A stretch of DNA of 35,592 nucleotides from positions 1 through 35,592 of the forward strand of contig JAKLIA010000001.1 of assembly GCA_022709865.1 (NCBI GenBank), in the 5' to 3' direction. The position numbers and the translations under genes were made by a program. The DNA comes from Patescibacteria group bacterium. Its GTDB lineage: Bacteria; Patescibacteriota; Minisyncoccia; Portnoybacterales; GWB1-42-6. Position 1 is the first letter of the stretch. Every line of letters starts with the position of its first letter. Under the pieces are notes generated by a model. The model did not search any database and was not told the origin of the DNA. It worked only from the letters and a program-made list of their open reading frames with translations. Positions 24,516-32,444 of the stretch are shown here, one piece after another.

Positions 24516-25388
24516 TTGCCTCATTTTTTCTCAAAAAATAAATTGTTTCTTTTCTGTTTGGCAGGCTGGTTTCTGTTCTTTTTCGCTAGCAATGTCTTGG
24601 CGGCCGGCTATGAGCTAGAAGTTAAGCTCCCCGGCATGCCCGATTCTGTTTCCGACCCGGGGGCATACATGAGGTATCTTTTTATCTTCGGCGTATCTTT
24701 AGCTGGATTCCTGGCAGTAGGCATGATCATCTATGGCGGAGTAAAATATATGCTAGCAGCTTCTGTGGGCTCAACCCAAGATGCCAAAGATAAGATCTTA
24801 GGGGCTTTGGGTGGAGTCGCCTTGATACTTTGTTCGTATTTATTGCTCTATACTATTGATCCGAGCTTAACGAATCTGTCGCCCCTGCCGGTAAGCCAAA
24901 TTATGGCCGCTGATGTGGAAGCTCCCAGCCCTCAAGACTCCGGCCTAACCGAAGCCACCACTGCAACCGCGACTGGAACAGGAGAGCTTGCTTGTAAAAC
25001 CAATAAAATATGCCAAGACATAGAAAGTGGAAAAGTAAGCTCTACTTTGACCAACAGCCTCCGCTCTTTGCCGGTCGAGGTCACCGTTACCGAAACAACC
25101 GGCAGCCACGGTTGCGCTTCCTCTGATAGCTGTGTTTCTGGCGCTGCCTGCGGCACTTCAACGCATTGCAGCGGCAACGCAGCTGATATCAGGGTCTCTA
25201 ATTTAACTACTGAACAAAAAAAAGAAGTAATGCAAAGTCTTAGCCAAAATAAATGCGTTGACCAGCTTTTTTATTCCGGGTTTCCGGAATATTGCAAGGC
25301 GGGCGGCGGGCAGAATGCCTCAAAAAGTAAAAGCTGCTCCGCCCATTCCGACCATATTCACTACAGCGTTAAATCCGGCTGCACTTAA
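24516..25388 (+). CDS. VirB2/TrbC-like pilin hairpin fused to a Cys-rich M15/LAS-type peptidoglycan-hydrolase-like domain
   Basis: TTG start; there is no in-frame ATG before the conserved module. Signal peptide ...ASNVLAA. Two TM helices flank a short polar loop (YLFIFGVSLAGFLAVGMIIYGGV - KYMLAASVGSTQDAKDKI - LGALGGVALILCSYLLLYTI). The C-terminal ~165 aa have 12 Cys and the motifs STHCSGNAAD (SxHxxGxAxD, nt 25158..25187) and DHIH (nt 25350..25361). Confidence 0.65.
   Translation: MPHFFSKNKLFLFCLAGWFLFFFASNVLAAGYELEVKLPGMPDSVSDPGAYMRYLFIFGVSLAGFLAVGMIIYGGVKYMLAASVGSTQDAKDKILGALGGVALILCSYLLLYTIDPSLTNLSPLPVSQIMAADVEAPSPQDSGLTEATTATATGTGELACKTNKICQDIESGKVSSTLTNSLRSLPVEVTVTETTGSHGCASSDSCVSGAACGTSTHCSGNAADIRVSNLTTEQKKEVMQSLSQNKCVDQLFYSGFPEYCKAGGGQNASKSKSCSAHSDHIHYSVKSGCT
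24630..24884 (+). repeat. Copy 1 of a 255-nt pilin-module direct repeat
   Basis: Aligns without gaps to 25505..25759 (offset 875 nt) with 7 mismatches, all synonymous. The encoded 85 aa are identical. Confidence 0.9.
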
Positions 25389-25399
25389 ATTAAAAAATT

Positions 25400-25978
25400 A
25401 TGAGCCCTACTCTTAATAAAAAAATCATTGCCTTATCCTTCGCCGGCTTATTTTTACTGTTGGCTGCTCCTGCTTGCTACGCCTATAAAGTAGAGGTTAG
25501 TTTGCCCGGCATGCCCGATTCCGTCTCCGACCCGGGGGCATACATGAGGTATCTTTTTATCTTCGGCGTATCTTTAGCCGGATTCCTGGCAGTAGGCATG
25601 ATCATCTATGGCGGAGTGAAATACATGCTAGCAGCTTCTGTGGGCTCAACCCAAGACGCCAAAGATAAGATCTTAGGGGCTTTGGGTGGAGTCGCCTTAA
25701 TACTTTGTTCGTATTTATTGCTCTATACTATTGATCCGAGCTTAACGAATCTGTCGCCCAACATTAAACCCGTAGGTAATATTTCCTCTCCGTCAGAAAC
25801 CCCCCGTTATGGCATAACCACCACAGAAACAACAATTACTCAATACTTTGATTCTACTGCAGTAAACTATAATACAGCAGAAAAATGCGAAGCAATCGGA
25901 AAAAGCTCCTATGGAAGCCGTTTTGTCAGTTCCACTTTTAATAGTCAAAATTGCATAATTACAATAAAAAAATTATAG
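25400..25978 (+). CDS. VirB2/TrbC-like pilin paralog with a short unrelated C-terminal domain
   Basis: 192 aa with a signal peptide ending ACYA. The 85-aa pilin module (PGMPDSV...SLTNLSP) is identical to the upstream paralog. It is followed by a ~70-aa Thr-rich tail with 2 Cys (GITTTETTITQYFDS...CEAIGK...NCIITIKKL). Confidence 0.65.
   Translation: MSPTLNKKIIALSFAGLFLLLAAPACYAYKVEVSLPGMPDSVSDPGAYMRYLFIFGVSLAGFLAVGMIIYGGVKYMLAASVGSTQDAKDKILGALGGVALILCSYLLLYTIDPSLTNLSPNIKPVGNISSPSETPRYGITTTETTITQYFDSTAVNYNTAEKCEAIGKSSYGSRFVSSTFNSQNCIITIKKL
25505..25759 (+). repeat. Copy 2 of the 255-nt pilin-module direct repeat
   Basis: See copy 1: about 97% nucleotide identity and 100% amino-acid identity. 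Confidence 0.9.
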
Positions 25979-25993
25979 TAATATTATAAGATT

Positions 25994-27172
25994 ATGAATA
26001 CAAAAAAAATATTGATCATCGCTTCAATTTTATTGGTTCTGTCATTGGGCGCTCTTTTAGTTTATAATTTATTTTTTAAACCTTCTTCCACCGAAACAAC
26101 GGAAAACGGCAGCACCCTGCCAACCTCCAGCGGAGGAAGCAACGGCTCTAACTCCTCTTTGCCAAACAGCAGTAATTCTAGCGGCTCAGGCAGCCAAACA
26201 GACTCAAAGATCAGGGTTCTTAGCAAAGAGCCGGTTTTATCACCAACCATGGGCGAAGACGGCAAAACTATTAAATATTATGTCAGTTCAAATGGCAATG
26301 TTTTTGAATCAGACTTTCTGGGCGCCAACATTAAAAAAATCTCTTCTGTTGCCTTAAACGGCCTATTGAAAGCCGTCTGGTCGCCAGATAAAACTAAAGT
26401 GATCGGCTTTTTCTCTGATAACAATAAAATTAAAAAATATTTCTACGATTATAACAATAAGCAGTCTTCTTTGCTTAACGAAAAAATGGGAAACGTTGCC
26501 TGGTCGCCGGATAGCAAGCGCATTGCTTATCAATTTGTTGACGCAACCACCGGCCAGCACAATATCAGTATAGCCAACCCTGATGGCTCTAATTGGAAAA
26601 ATATTTTCAAAACTCGCCTGGACGATTTGATCGTGGAATGGCCGGGAAAAGAAAAAATATCTATTAGGCAGGCTCCCAGCGGCTTAGCCCAAGGCATACT
26701 TTATGCCATCAATTCCGAAACCGGCGACTTCAATAAAGTTTTAAGCGATATTTTTGGTTTAAATGTTAAGTGGTCTCCCAAGGCTGATAAAATCCTTTAT
26801 TCAGCCACCAACGACCAAGGAAAAAATCCTAAACTATATCTAACCGACAGCACCGGCACTAACCAAAAAGACCTGAATCTTTCCGGCTTGATAGACAAGT
26901 GCGTTTGGAGCACCGATGACCGGACTATTTTTTGCGCCTTGCCAAAAGAACTTTCCGCTAATGCCACTTGGCCAGATGATTATTATAAGGGTATTGTCAT
27001 CCTAGCGGACGACTTCTATAAAATCAACCTCGAGACTAACGAAAAAACAAAAATCCTGGGCTCCACCAGCCAGATCAGCTTTGATGCCCAGGAATTAATT
27101 ATTTCGCCAAAAGAAGACTACCTATTTTTTGTTAACAAGCACGATGGCCTGCTTTATAGCCTAAAAATATAA
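25994..27172 (+). CDS. Membrane-anchored TolB-like (PD40/WD40-like) beta-propeller protein; last gene of the operon
   Basis: 392 aa. N-terminal TM, then a Ser/Gly/Asn-rich linker (SSGGSNGSNSSLPNSSNSSGSGSQ). Repeated (V/A)WSPD-type blades follow (AVWSPDKTKV, VAWSPDSKRIAY, VKWSPKADKILY, CVWSTDDRTIF). Confidence 0.65.
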   Translation: MNTKKILIIASILLVLSLGALLVYNLFFKPSSTETTENGSTLPTSSGGSNGSNSSLPNSSNSSGSGSQTDSKIRVLSKEPVLSPTMGEDGKTIKYYVSSNGNVFESDFLGANIKKISSVALNGLLKAVWSPDKTKVIGFFSDNNKIKKYFYDYNNKQSSLLNEKMGNVAWSPDSKRIAYQFVDATTGQHNISIANPDGSNWKNIFKTRLDDLIVEWPGKEKISIRQAPSGLAQGILYAINSETGDFNKVLSDIFGLNVKWSPKADKILYSATNDQGKNPKLYLTDSTGTNQKDLNLSGLIDKCVWSTDDRTIFCALPKELSANATWPDDYYKGIVILADDFYKINLETNEKTKILGSTSQISFDAQELIISPKEDYLFFVNKHDGLLYSLKI

Positions 27173-28421
27173 CTAGCCAAAAGATCAGCGCTAGGTCGTT
27201 TTTCCAGAACGGGGTATCTATTAAACCGTGCATCAAAAAAAATACCATTATTGCCATTAAAAAAACCTCTGGCAGTGATGGTATTTTTAATAGAACTCTT
27301 TTTATTTGCTTAAAAAATCCTATTATCAGCCAAAAAAATCCGACTAGCCCCGCCAACCCCGCCTGCAACCACCAAGCTAAAAATAAATTATGGGGCTGCG
27401 GCACCGCCCATTCCAGATACGGCACAGAAAAATATTGCTGATAAGCCAAATAATATTTTTGGAATAAGCCCGGCCCAACTCCTAAAAACCAATTATCTTT
27501 TAAGATTTCCAGCGCCGCCTGCCAGACCATCAGGCGCGACTGCCAAGAAGAGCGTGGCGAAGAAAAAATGTCTAATAATTTTTCGCTCTTGGCGCCAAAT
27601 AATTGGGAAGCCAAAACCAGGCTGCCAAGCAGCAAAGCGCCACCAAACAACACTAGCCACTGTTTTTTGGTCATTCCTTTTAGAGCTCCTAAAACTAAAG
27701 CCAAAAAGATCAAGGCCGCGCCTAATCCCAGCCAAGCGCCATAAGAATAAGTAAAATATAAAATTGCCAGCAACAAAACATAAACTATAAGCCATAAGCT
27801 TTTTTGGTAATTTTTTTTAAACGCCGGCCAAAGAGCGACGCCGGCCAAAAGCCCGGGCACCAGCCACATAGCCAAATGGTTAGGGGAGAGATAAAAAGAA
27901 GACAGGCGCCCATCAAAAGTCAGCTGGTTAAAAAATAAAAAAAATAAACTTATTGCCGCCACAATCCCAGACGAAGCAAATAAAGCAGAAAAAAACAGGT
28001 TCAATAGGTTTTCTTTTTTAAAAGCGCTTCCCAAAACAAAGCAAAAAGCCAGCGGAGCAATAAAATAAGCCTTTAAAATACCAAAGCTAACACGCCAATC
28101 AGCAGAAAACACAGAGGCTAAAAAAACACCGATCAAGACCAAAATTATAGCCAAAATAAAGTTTCGGCTATAACCCTTTATCCATTGGCTATTAATCTCG
28201 TGGTTAATAATTTTTTTAACCAGCCAGGCTCCCACGAAAAGCCAGATCAAAGCCTCTAAAACCGTTATGGGCCAAGAGTTTATTTTTAATAAATAAAGAG
28301 GTGCCAAAAAAATAACCAGCCAGGCGCTAGCTTTCGGCCAACGCCAAGAGACAACCGCAAAAGCGGCCAACCCCAAACCAAGTAAGATCAATTGCCAAAC
28401 TAGATGCAAAGAATAGAACAT
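27132..28421 (-). CDS. O-antigen ligase / Wzy_C-family polytopic membrane protein (paralog 1)
   Basis: 429 aa with 10 or more TM helices. Periplasmic-loop motif VPQPHNLFLAWWLQAGLAGL (HN-x-[FY]-L...G-L-x-G), typical of the Wzy_C/O-antigen ligase family. Its 3' end overlaps the convergent upstream gene by 41 nt. Confidence 0.7.
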   Translation of the reverse strand: MFYSLHLVWQLILLGLGLAAFAVVSWRWPKASAWLVIFLAPLYLLKINSWPITVLEALIWLFVGAWLVKKIINHEINSQWIKGYSRNFILAIILVLIGVFLASVFSADWRVSFGILKAYFIAPLAFCFVLGSAFKKENLLNLFFSALFASSGIVAAISLFFLFFNQLTFDGRLSSFYLSPNHLAMWLVPGLLAGVALWPAFKKNYQKSLWLIVYVLLLAILYFTYSYGAWLGLGAALIFLALVLGALKGMTKKQWLVLFGGALLLGSLVLASQLFGAKSEKLLDIFSSPRSSWQSRLMVWQAALEILKDNWFLGVGPGLFQKYYLAYQQYFSVPYLEWAVPQPHNLFLAWWLQAGLAGLVGFFWLIIGFFKQIKRVLLKIPSLPEVFLMAIMVFFLMHGLIDTPFWKNDLALIFWLVIFLGYKAGHRAC

Positions 28422-29737
28422 TAATTTTTTTCTTGGCTAATTATTGCTTCATCTCTTAAAACTGCCAGGCCCAACACCACCATTAAAAAAGCTAACACCG
28501 TCGGGTTAAAAATTGCACTTTCAAAAAATGAATGGGTTAAAAAATAAGCTAAAGCCCCCAGAATACCAAAGGCAACAACCGGCGCCTGGTCTATTTTTTT
28601 TATGGCCGCCTTAATGGCCGCCCAGAATAATAGAAGCCAAGACGCTAGCCCCAAAAGTCCTGTTTCCGCTAAAATATCCAAATATAAATTATGGCTCGTA
28701 ATTGAATTGCGGTAATCCTGCCCCAGCCCCACCGACAAAGAATAGTTTCCCAACCCCACGCCCAATAACGGGCTTTTTTTGATCACCTCTATGGAATCTT
28801 GCCAGATAGCTAGGCGCCCGGCATTTGACCCTTCGCTTAGATCAAAGCTTGAAAAGAGGCGCGATACCACCGGCCAGCCAAAAAACAAAAAAATGACAGC
28901 AGCAACCATCAGGCTGGCGAAAAAGAACTTTTTTGCCTTAGCGCCAAAAGAACGCCCACCAAAAAAGGCAAGAACAATTAAAGAAGAAATCACCCCCAAA
29001 TAACCGCCGCGGGAAAAAGTTAGCAACAAAACAATAAATAATAAAAAATAAATAATAAAAAAAACTAACCGGCGTTTTTTAGAAAAAAGCGCCCAAGCCA
29101 GAGCCAGGGGAGAGGTTAACCCTAAATAAAAAGATAGCATATGGGGATCTGGAAATAGCCCGATTGCCCTCATAATTGTTTGGCCGCCAATAGCCACTTG
29201 CCAACTAGGAGAAGCAGCCACCAAAGAGCCGAATTGGGCGCCAGAGAATAAGGGTAAAATATGCTCTGTCCAAAAACCCATAACAACTTCTTGCCCAAAA
29301 ATAAATTGGCCCAAAAATTGCGCCAAAGCAACAAGAGCAGAAATAATTGCGCCACCCAAAATCACATAGGCTAGTTTTTGCCAATCTTTGGCGTTTTTTA
29401 TAAAAGACTTAACCAGCCAAAACAACGGGAAAATTGAAGCGAAAACCAAAAGTTTGCGCATGCCCCAAACCTGATTATTGGCCACTAAGATCGAAAGGGC
29501 CGCCAAAGAAAAAAGGGTTATTAAAAAGATCGATGCCGGTTCTTTAATAAAAGAAACTAGTCGTTCTTTATTCTGGCTGAACTCCTTAATTAGCCAAACA
29601 AAAAATAAGCCTAAAATTAAAATCCGCCCAGACATTAAATCTATATCTGAGGTTAGATTTAATGCCAATTGAAAAGGCAAATAAGCAACCAATAAGGAAA
29701 AAGCGGCCAAAAGAAGAGAGTCTAAGCGCTTGCTCAT
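28421..29737 (-). CDS. O-antigen ligase / Wzy_C-family polytopic membrane protein (paralog 2)
   Basis: 438 aa. Motifs LLTFSRGGYLGV and SITSHNLYLDILAETGLLGL. Stop and start overlap the downstream paralog (TAATG at 28421). Confidence 0.7.
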   Translation of the reverse strand: MSKRLDSLLLAAFSLLVAYLPFQLALNLTSDIDLMSGRILILGLFFVWLIKEFSQNKERLVSFIKEPASIFLITLFSLAALSILVANNQVWGMRKLLVFASIFPLFWLVKSFIKNAKDWQKLAYVILGGAIISALVALAQFLGQFIFGQEVVMGFWTEHILPLFSGAQFGSLVAASPSWQVAIGGQTIMRAIGLFPDPHMLSFYLGLTSPLALAWALFSKKRRLVFFIIYFLLFIVLLLTFSRGGYLGVISSLIVLAFFGGRSFGAKAKKFFFASLMVAAVIFLFFGWPVVSRLFSSFDLSEGSNAGRLAIWQDSIEVIKKSPLLGVGLGNYSLSVGLGQDYRNSITSHNLYLDILAETGLLGLASWLLLFWAAIKAAIKKIDQAPVVAFGILGALAYFLTHSFFESAIFNPTVLAFLMVVLGLAVLRDEAIISQEKN

Positions 29738-29744
29738 AATAATT

Positions 29745-31169
29745 TTATAATTTTATTTCTTCTCCCTTTATTAGGCTTTTAAGCTCCTGCCGCGGCAAGC
29801 CGCGCAAAAAATATAAAACCAAAAAATAAACAATAACGGCGATAACAATTAAAAACCCTAAATTAAAGCCAGCCAACAGCCACAAGACCAACGCCATAGC
29901 TATCGACGCCAACAAGCTTTTTAAAAAGACACTGAACGATGGCAACCAATGGAAAAAATGATAAATAGCCGCGGCCATTAAAATCGCCACCAAAGCTTCG
30001 GTTAACACAGTGGTTGTTGCGGCCGCATAATAAGAATAACGCGGAATAAGGATTAGGTTGGCCGCCACATTAAAAACGGCCCCAACAGCTGAAATCCATA
30101 AAAGCATTTTTTGTTTTTCTAAAGCGATCAGAACGTAAGAAAAAAGCGTCCCTAAAAAGATTATTCCTACCGCCACTATTAAAATATTTAAAATTATTGC
30201 CGATTCACTGTATTTTCCGCCCCCCAAAAGCCCAATAATAGCGGGAGAAAGAAAAATGGTTCCCAATATCAAAGGAGCGATCAACACAACTAAAATATCG
30301 CTTCCTCGCTGAAAGATATCTTTAAACTTTATCTGGTCTGTGAAAGCAGAACGAGAAAGAAGTGGCATTATTAATCCCACGAACATAGAGGGAAAGAAAA
30401 TTAAGCTCTCCAGAACCTTATAGGGCAGGCGATAGGCGCCCACATCCGCCGCCGGTTTAAGCGCCGACAAAAACAAAGAGTCCGAAGAAAAATATATCAT
30501 CACCAAAACACTAGAGATAGCCAAAGGATAACCCTGCTTAAAAATATTTTTCCAATAAGGCCAATCAAAAGCCAATTTTAAATTACAATATTTTTTGGCG
30601 CCCAAAAAAACCAAAAGGAAGTTAGCTATGCCGCTTATACTTAAAGCCGCCACAATATATAAAAAATCGTAGCCACGCCAAATAAACAGCCAAACCAAAC
30701 CTAATTGAATAACTCGGCCCGCCAACTCGGCTATCGCCACCCAACCCATCTGAAGATATTTTTGGAATAAGCCCATTAAAACCTGGCTATTGGCCAAAAA
30801 CCAAAAACCGGCCATACCAACTAAAATCCCGAGCCTGGCCTGTCCGGAATAAGGAAAAAGGAAACTAACCAATGGGGCCACCGCAAAAATAAAAAAACCG
30901 CTCAGCAATCTTATGGTAAAGATATTGCTAGCGATCTTTTGTTCGTCTGCCCCGGGCCGGGATATCTCCCGCACCATTAATTGGTATAATCCCAAGTCCG
31001 CTAAAACGGCAAATATTCCACCGAAAGTGAGCATGATAGAATATTCACCCCACTCGTTCTTAGTTAAATATCGAGTGATCAACCCTATAGTTAAAAGAGC
31101 CAGAAGCGTGCCCAAAACTCTTGCTGTCGCCGAAACTATTGTATTGGTGGCGATCTTTTTTGCCAACAT
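29745..31169 (-). CDS. Wzx/MOP-superfamily oligosaccharide flippase-like protein
   Basis: 474 aa with about 14 TM helices. The N-terminus KIATNTIVSATARVLGTLLALLTIGLITRYL...WGEY is typical of polysaccharide-biosynthesis flippases. Confidence 0.7.
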   Translation of the reverse strand: MLAKKIATNTIVSATARVLGTLLALLTIGLITRYLTKNEWGEYSIMLTFGGIFAVLADLGLYQLMVREISRPGADEQKIASNIFTIRLLSGFFIFAVAPLVSFLFPYSGQARLGILVGMAGFWFLANSQVLMGLFQKYLQMGWVAIAELAGRVIQLGLVWLFIWRGYDFLYIVAALSISGIANFLLVFLGAKKYCNLKLAFDWPYWKNIFKQGYPLAISSVLVMIYFSSDSLFLSALKPAADVGAYRLPYKVLESLIFFPSMFVGLIMPLLSRSAFTDQIKFKDIFQRGSDILVVLIAPLILGTIFLSPAIIGLLGGGKYSESAIILNILIVAVGIIFLGTLFSYVLIALEKQKMLLWISAVGAVFNVAANLILIPRYSYYAAATTTVLTEALVAILMAAAIYHFFHWLPSFSVFLKSLLASIAMALVLWLLAGFNLGFLIVIAVIVYFLVLYFLRGLPRQELKSLIKGEEIKL

Positions 31170-31213
31170 TTTTTTAAACCATCAGATAAGTAGCCAAAGA
31201 GAATTAAAAACTA

Positions 31214-31702
31214 TTATATTTGGCCTAGATCGATTGTTCCGGGATTTCCCGCCGGCTTAATAACTACCCGGCGTTCTTCTCCGTCTCCTTCTGATTCTGT
31301 TTTAATGCCGGGCAGATCAATTAAGGTCATATGAATTATTCGCCGCTCATAAGCATTCATCGGCGGCAGATACCGCGCCGAACCCTGTCTAACCACTTCT
31401 CGCGCCAAACTTTGCGCCGCGCTTTTTAACATCTCGATTCTTTCTTGCTGATAATTATTAATATCCAGGGTTAAACGGGGAGCATCAACAATTTTCTTGC
31501 TAACCATCGCCCGAGCCAATTGCTGCAAAGAGCGCAGACTGTCTCCGTTGCGGCCTATTAAATAGCCCGCCTCCTGGCTTTCTATTTGCACCAGCACGCT
31601 ACCTTCGCTTTCAGACAGCTCCGCCACGTGCCCTTCAAGGCCGGAACTGCTTATTAACCCTTCTATTAATTCTTTAATTTTTGCTAATTTTTCCTGTTCC
31701 AT
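31214..31702 (-). CDS. jag: Jag/KhpB-type RNA-binding protein (KH plus R3H domains)
   Basis: 162 aa. KH-like segment VLVQIESQEAGYLIGRNGDSLRSLQQL and R3H segment YERRIIHMTLIDLPGIKTESEG. Conserved position downstream of yidC. Confidence 0.85.
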   Translation of the reverse strand: MEQEKLAKIKELIEGLISSSGLEGHVAELSESEGSVLVQIESQEAGYLIGRNGDSLRSLQQLARAMVSKKIVDAPRLTLDINNYQQERIEMLKSAAQSLAREVVRQGSARYLPPMNAYERRIIHMTLIDLPGIKTESEGDGEERRVVIKPAGNPGTIDLGQI

Positions 31703-32429
31703 TTTTTTTAATTACATAATATTGCTGTCCGATACCAAACAGGGTTGTTACTATCCAATAAAGAGTTAAGCCTGCCGGCAAGTTCCAAGCGATAAAAATT
31801 GTGAATAAGGGCATAAAATAAACCATCTGCTTATTCATTATGGCGCTAAAATCAGAGCCCTTGCCGCTAGAGGGCGTTTGGGTCGCAGACATCATTTTCG
31901 ACTGCCAAAAAGTCAGAACGCCTGCTAAAATCGCCATTATTTTATTAGCCGCCGCTAAGCTTATTAACCCTAAAAACATCGGGTCGATCGCCTCTGGCCG
32001 GCTAACAAAAGAATATAAAAGATTTAAGCTTTCCGGCTTTAAGCCATTCCAGAACACTTGGTATAGAGCGATCAAGATCGGCAATTGAATTAAGATCGGC
32101 AAGCAGCCAGAAGCAGGATTAATATTATTACTCTTATAAAGCTCCATTAAGGCCTGGGACTGTTTAACCTTATCTGTTGGGTGCTTAGCTTGTATATCTT
32201 TGATTTGCGGCTGAAGGTCGCCTAGCGCTTTTTGGGATTTGATCGCCTTTTGGTTTAAAGGGAACAGGGCTAAGCGGATAATAATAGTCAATAAAATTAT
32301 AGCCACGCCAAAATCATGCGGCGGGATTATGTTATATAAAAAAACAAGTCCGTTAAACAACGGCTGATAAAGAACCTCATTAAAGATATTTACAATAAAA
32401 CTTATCATATTATTAATTGTTAAAAACAA
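31674..32429 (-). CDS. yidC: Membrane protein insertase YidC (short Gram-positive-type form)
   Basis: 251 aa. Motifs PLNQKAIKSQKALGDLQPQIKDIQAKH, MELYKSNNINPASGCLPILIQLPILIALY and AGLTLYWIVTTLFGIGQQY. It overlaps the jag start by 29 nt. Confidence 0.9.
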   Translation of the reverse strand: MFLTINNMISFIVNIFNEVLYQPLFNGLVFLYNIIPPHDFGVAIILLTIIIRLALFPLNQKAIKSQKALGDLQPQIKDIQAKHPTDKVKQSQALMELYKSNNINPASGCLPILIQLPILIALYQVFWNGLKPESLNLLYSFVSRPEAIDPMFLGLISLAAANKIMAILAGVLTFWQSKMMSATQTPSSGKGSDFSAIMNKQMVYFMPLFTIFIAWNLPAGLTLYWIVTTLFGIGQQYYVIKKNGTGKISKN

Positions 32430-32444
32430 TAAGCTTACAGATAA

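Noticed and set aside
14395-27172. Interpretation of the T4SS-like block as an integrative conjugative element, plasmid remnant or prophage.
   Set aside because: No integrase, relaxase, coupling protein, replication or partition genes, tRNA target or flanking direct repeats are visible. Neighbouring genes are core functions. A cryptic boundary outside recognisable features cannot be excluded.
27132-27172. 41-nt convergent overlap between the 3' ends of the TolB-like gene and the first Wzy_C gene. Considered as evidence of a frameshift or mis-called stop.
   Set aside because: Both ORFs read through cleanly to their stops and both C-termini look plausible. Convergent overlaps occur in compact genomes. 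There is no positive evidence for a sequencing error or regulatory antisense function.
27811-28611. Homopolymer tracts (T8 at 27811..27818 and T8 at 28604..28611, i.e. A8 on the coding strand) inside both Wzy_C genes, considered as phase-variation switches.
   Set aside because: Eight-nt A-runs arise naturally from Lys-Lys-(Asn/Ile) codons in this AT-rich, Lys-rich genome, and similar runs occur in many other genes here. They are too short and too common to claim slipped-strand regulation without population data.
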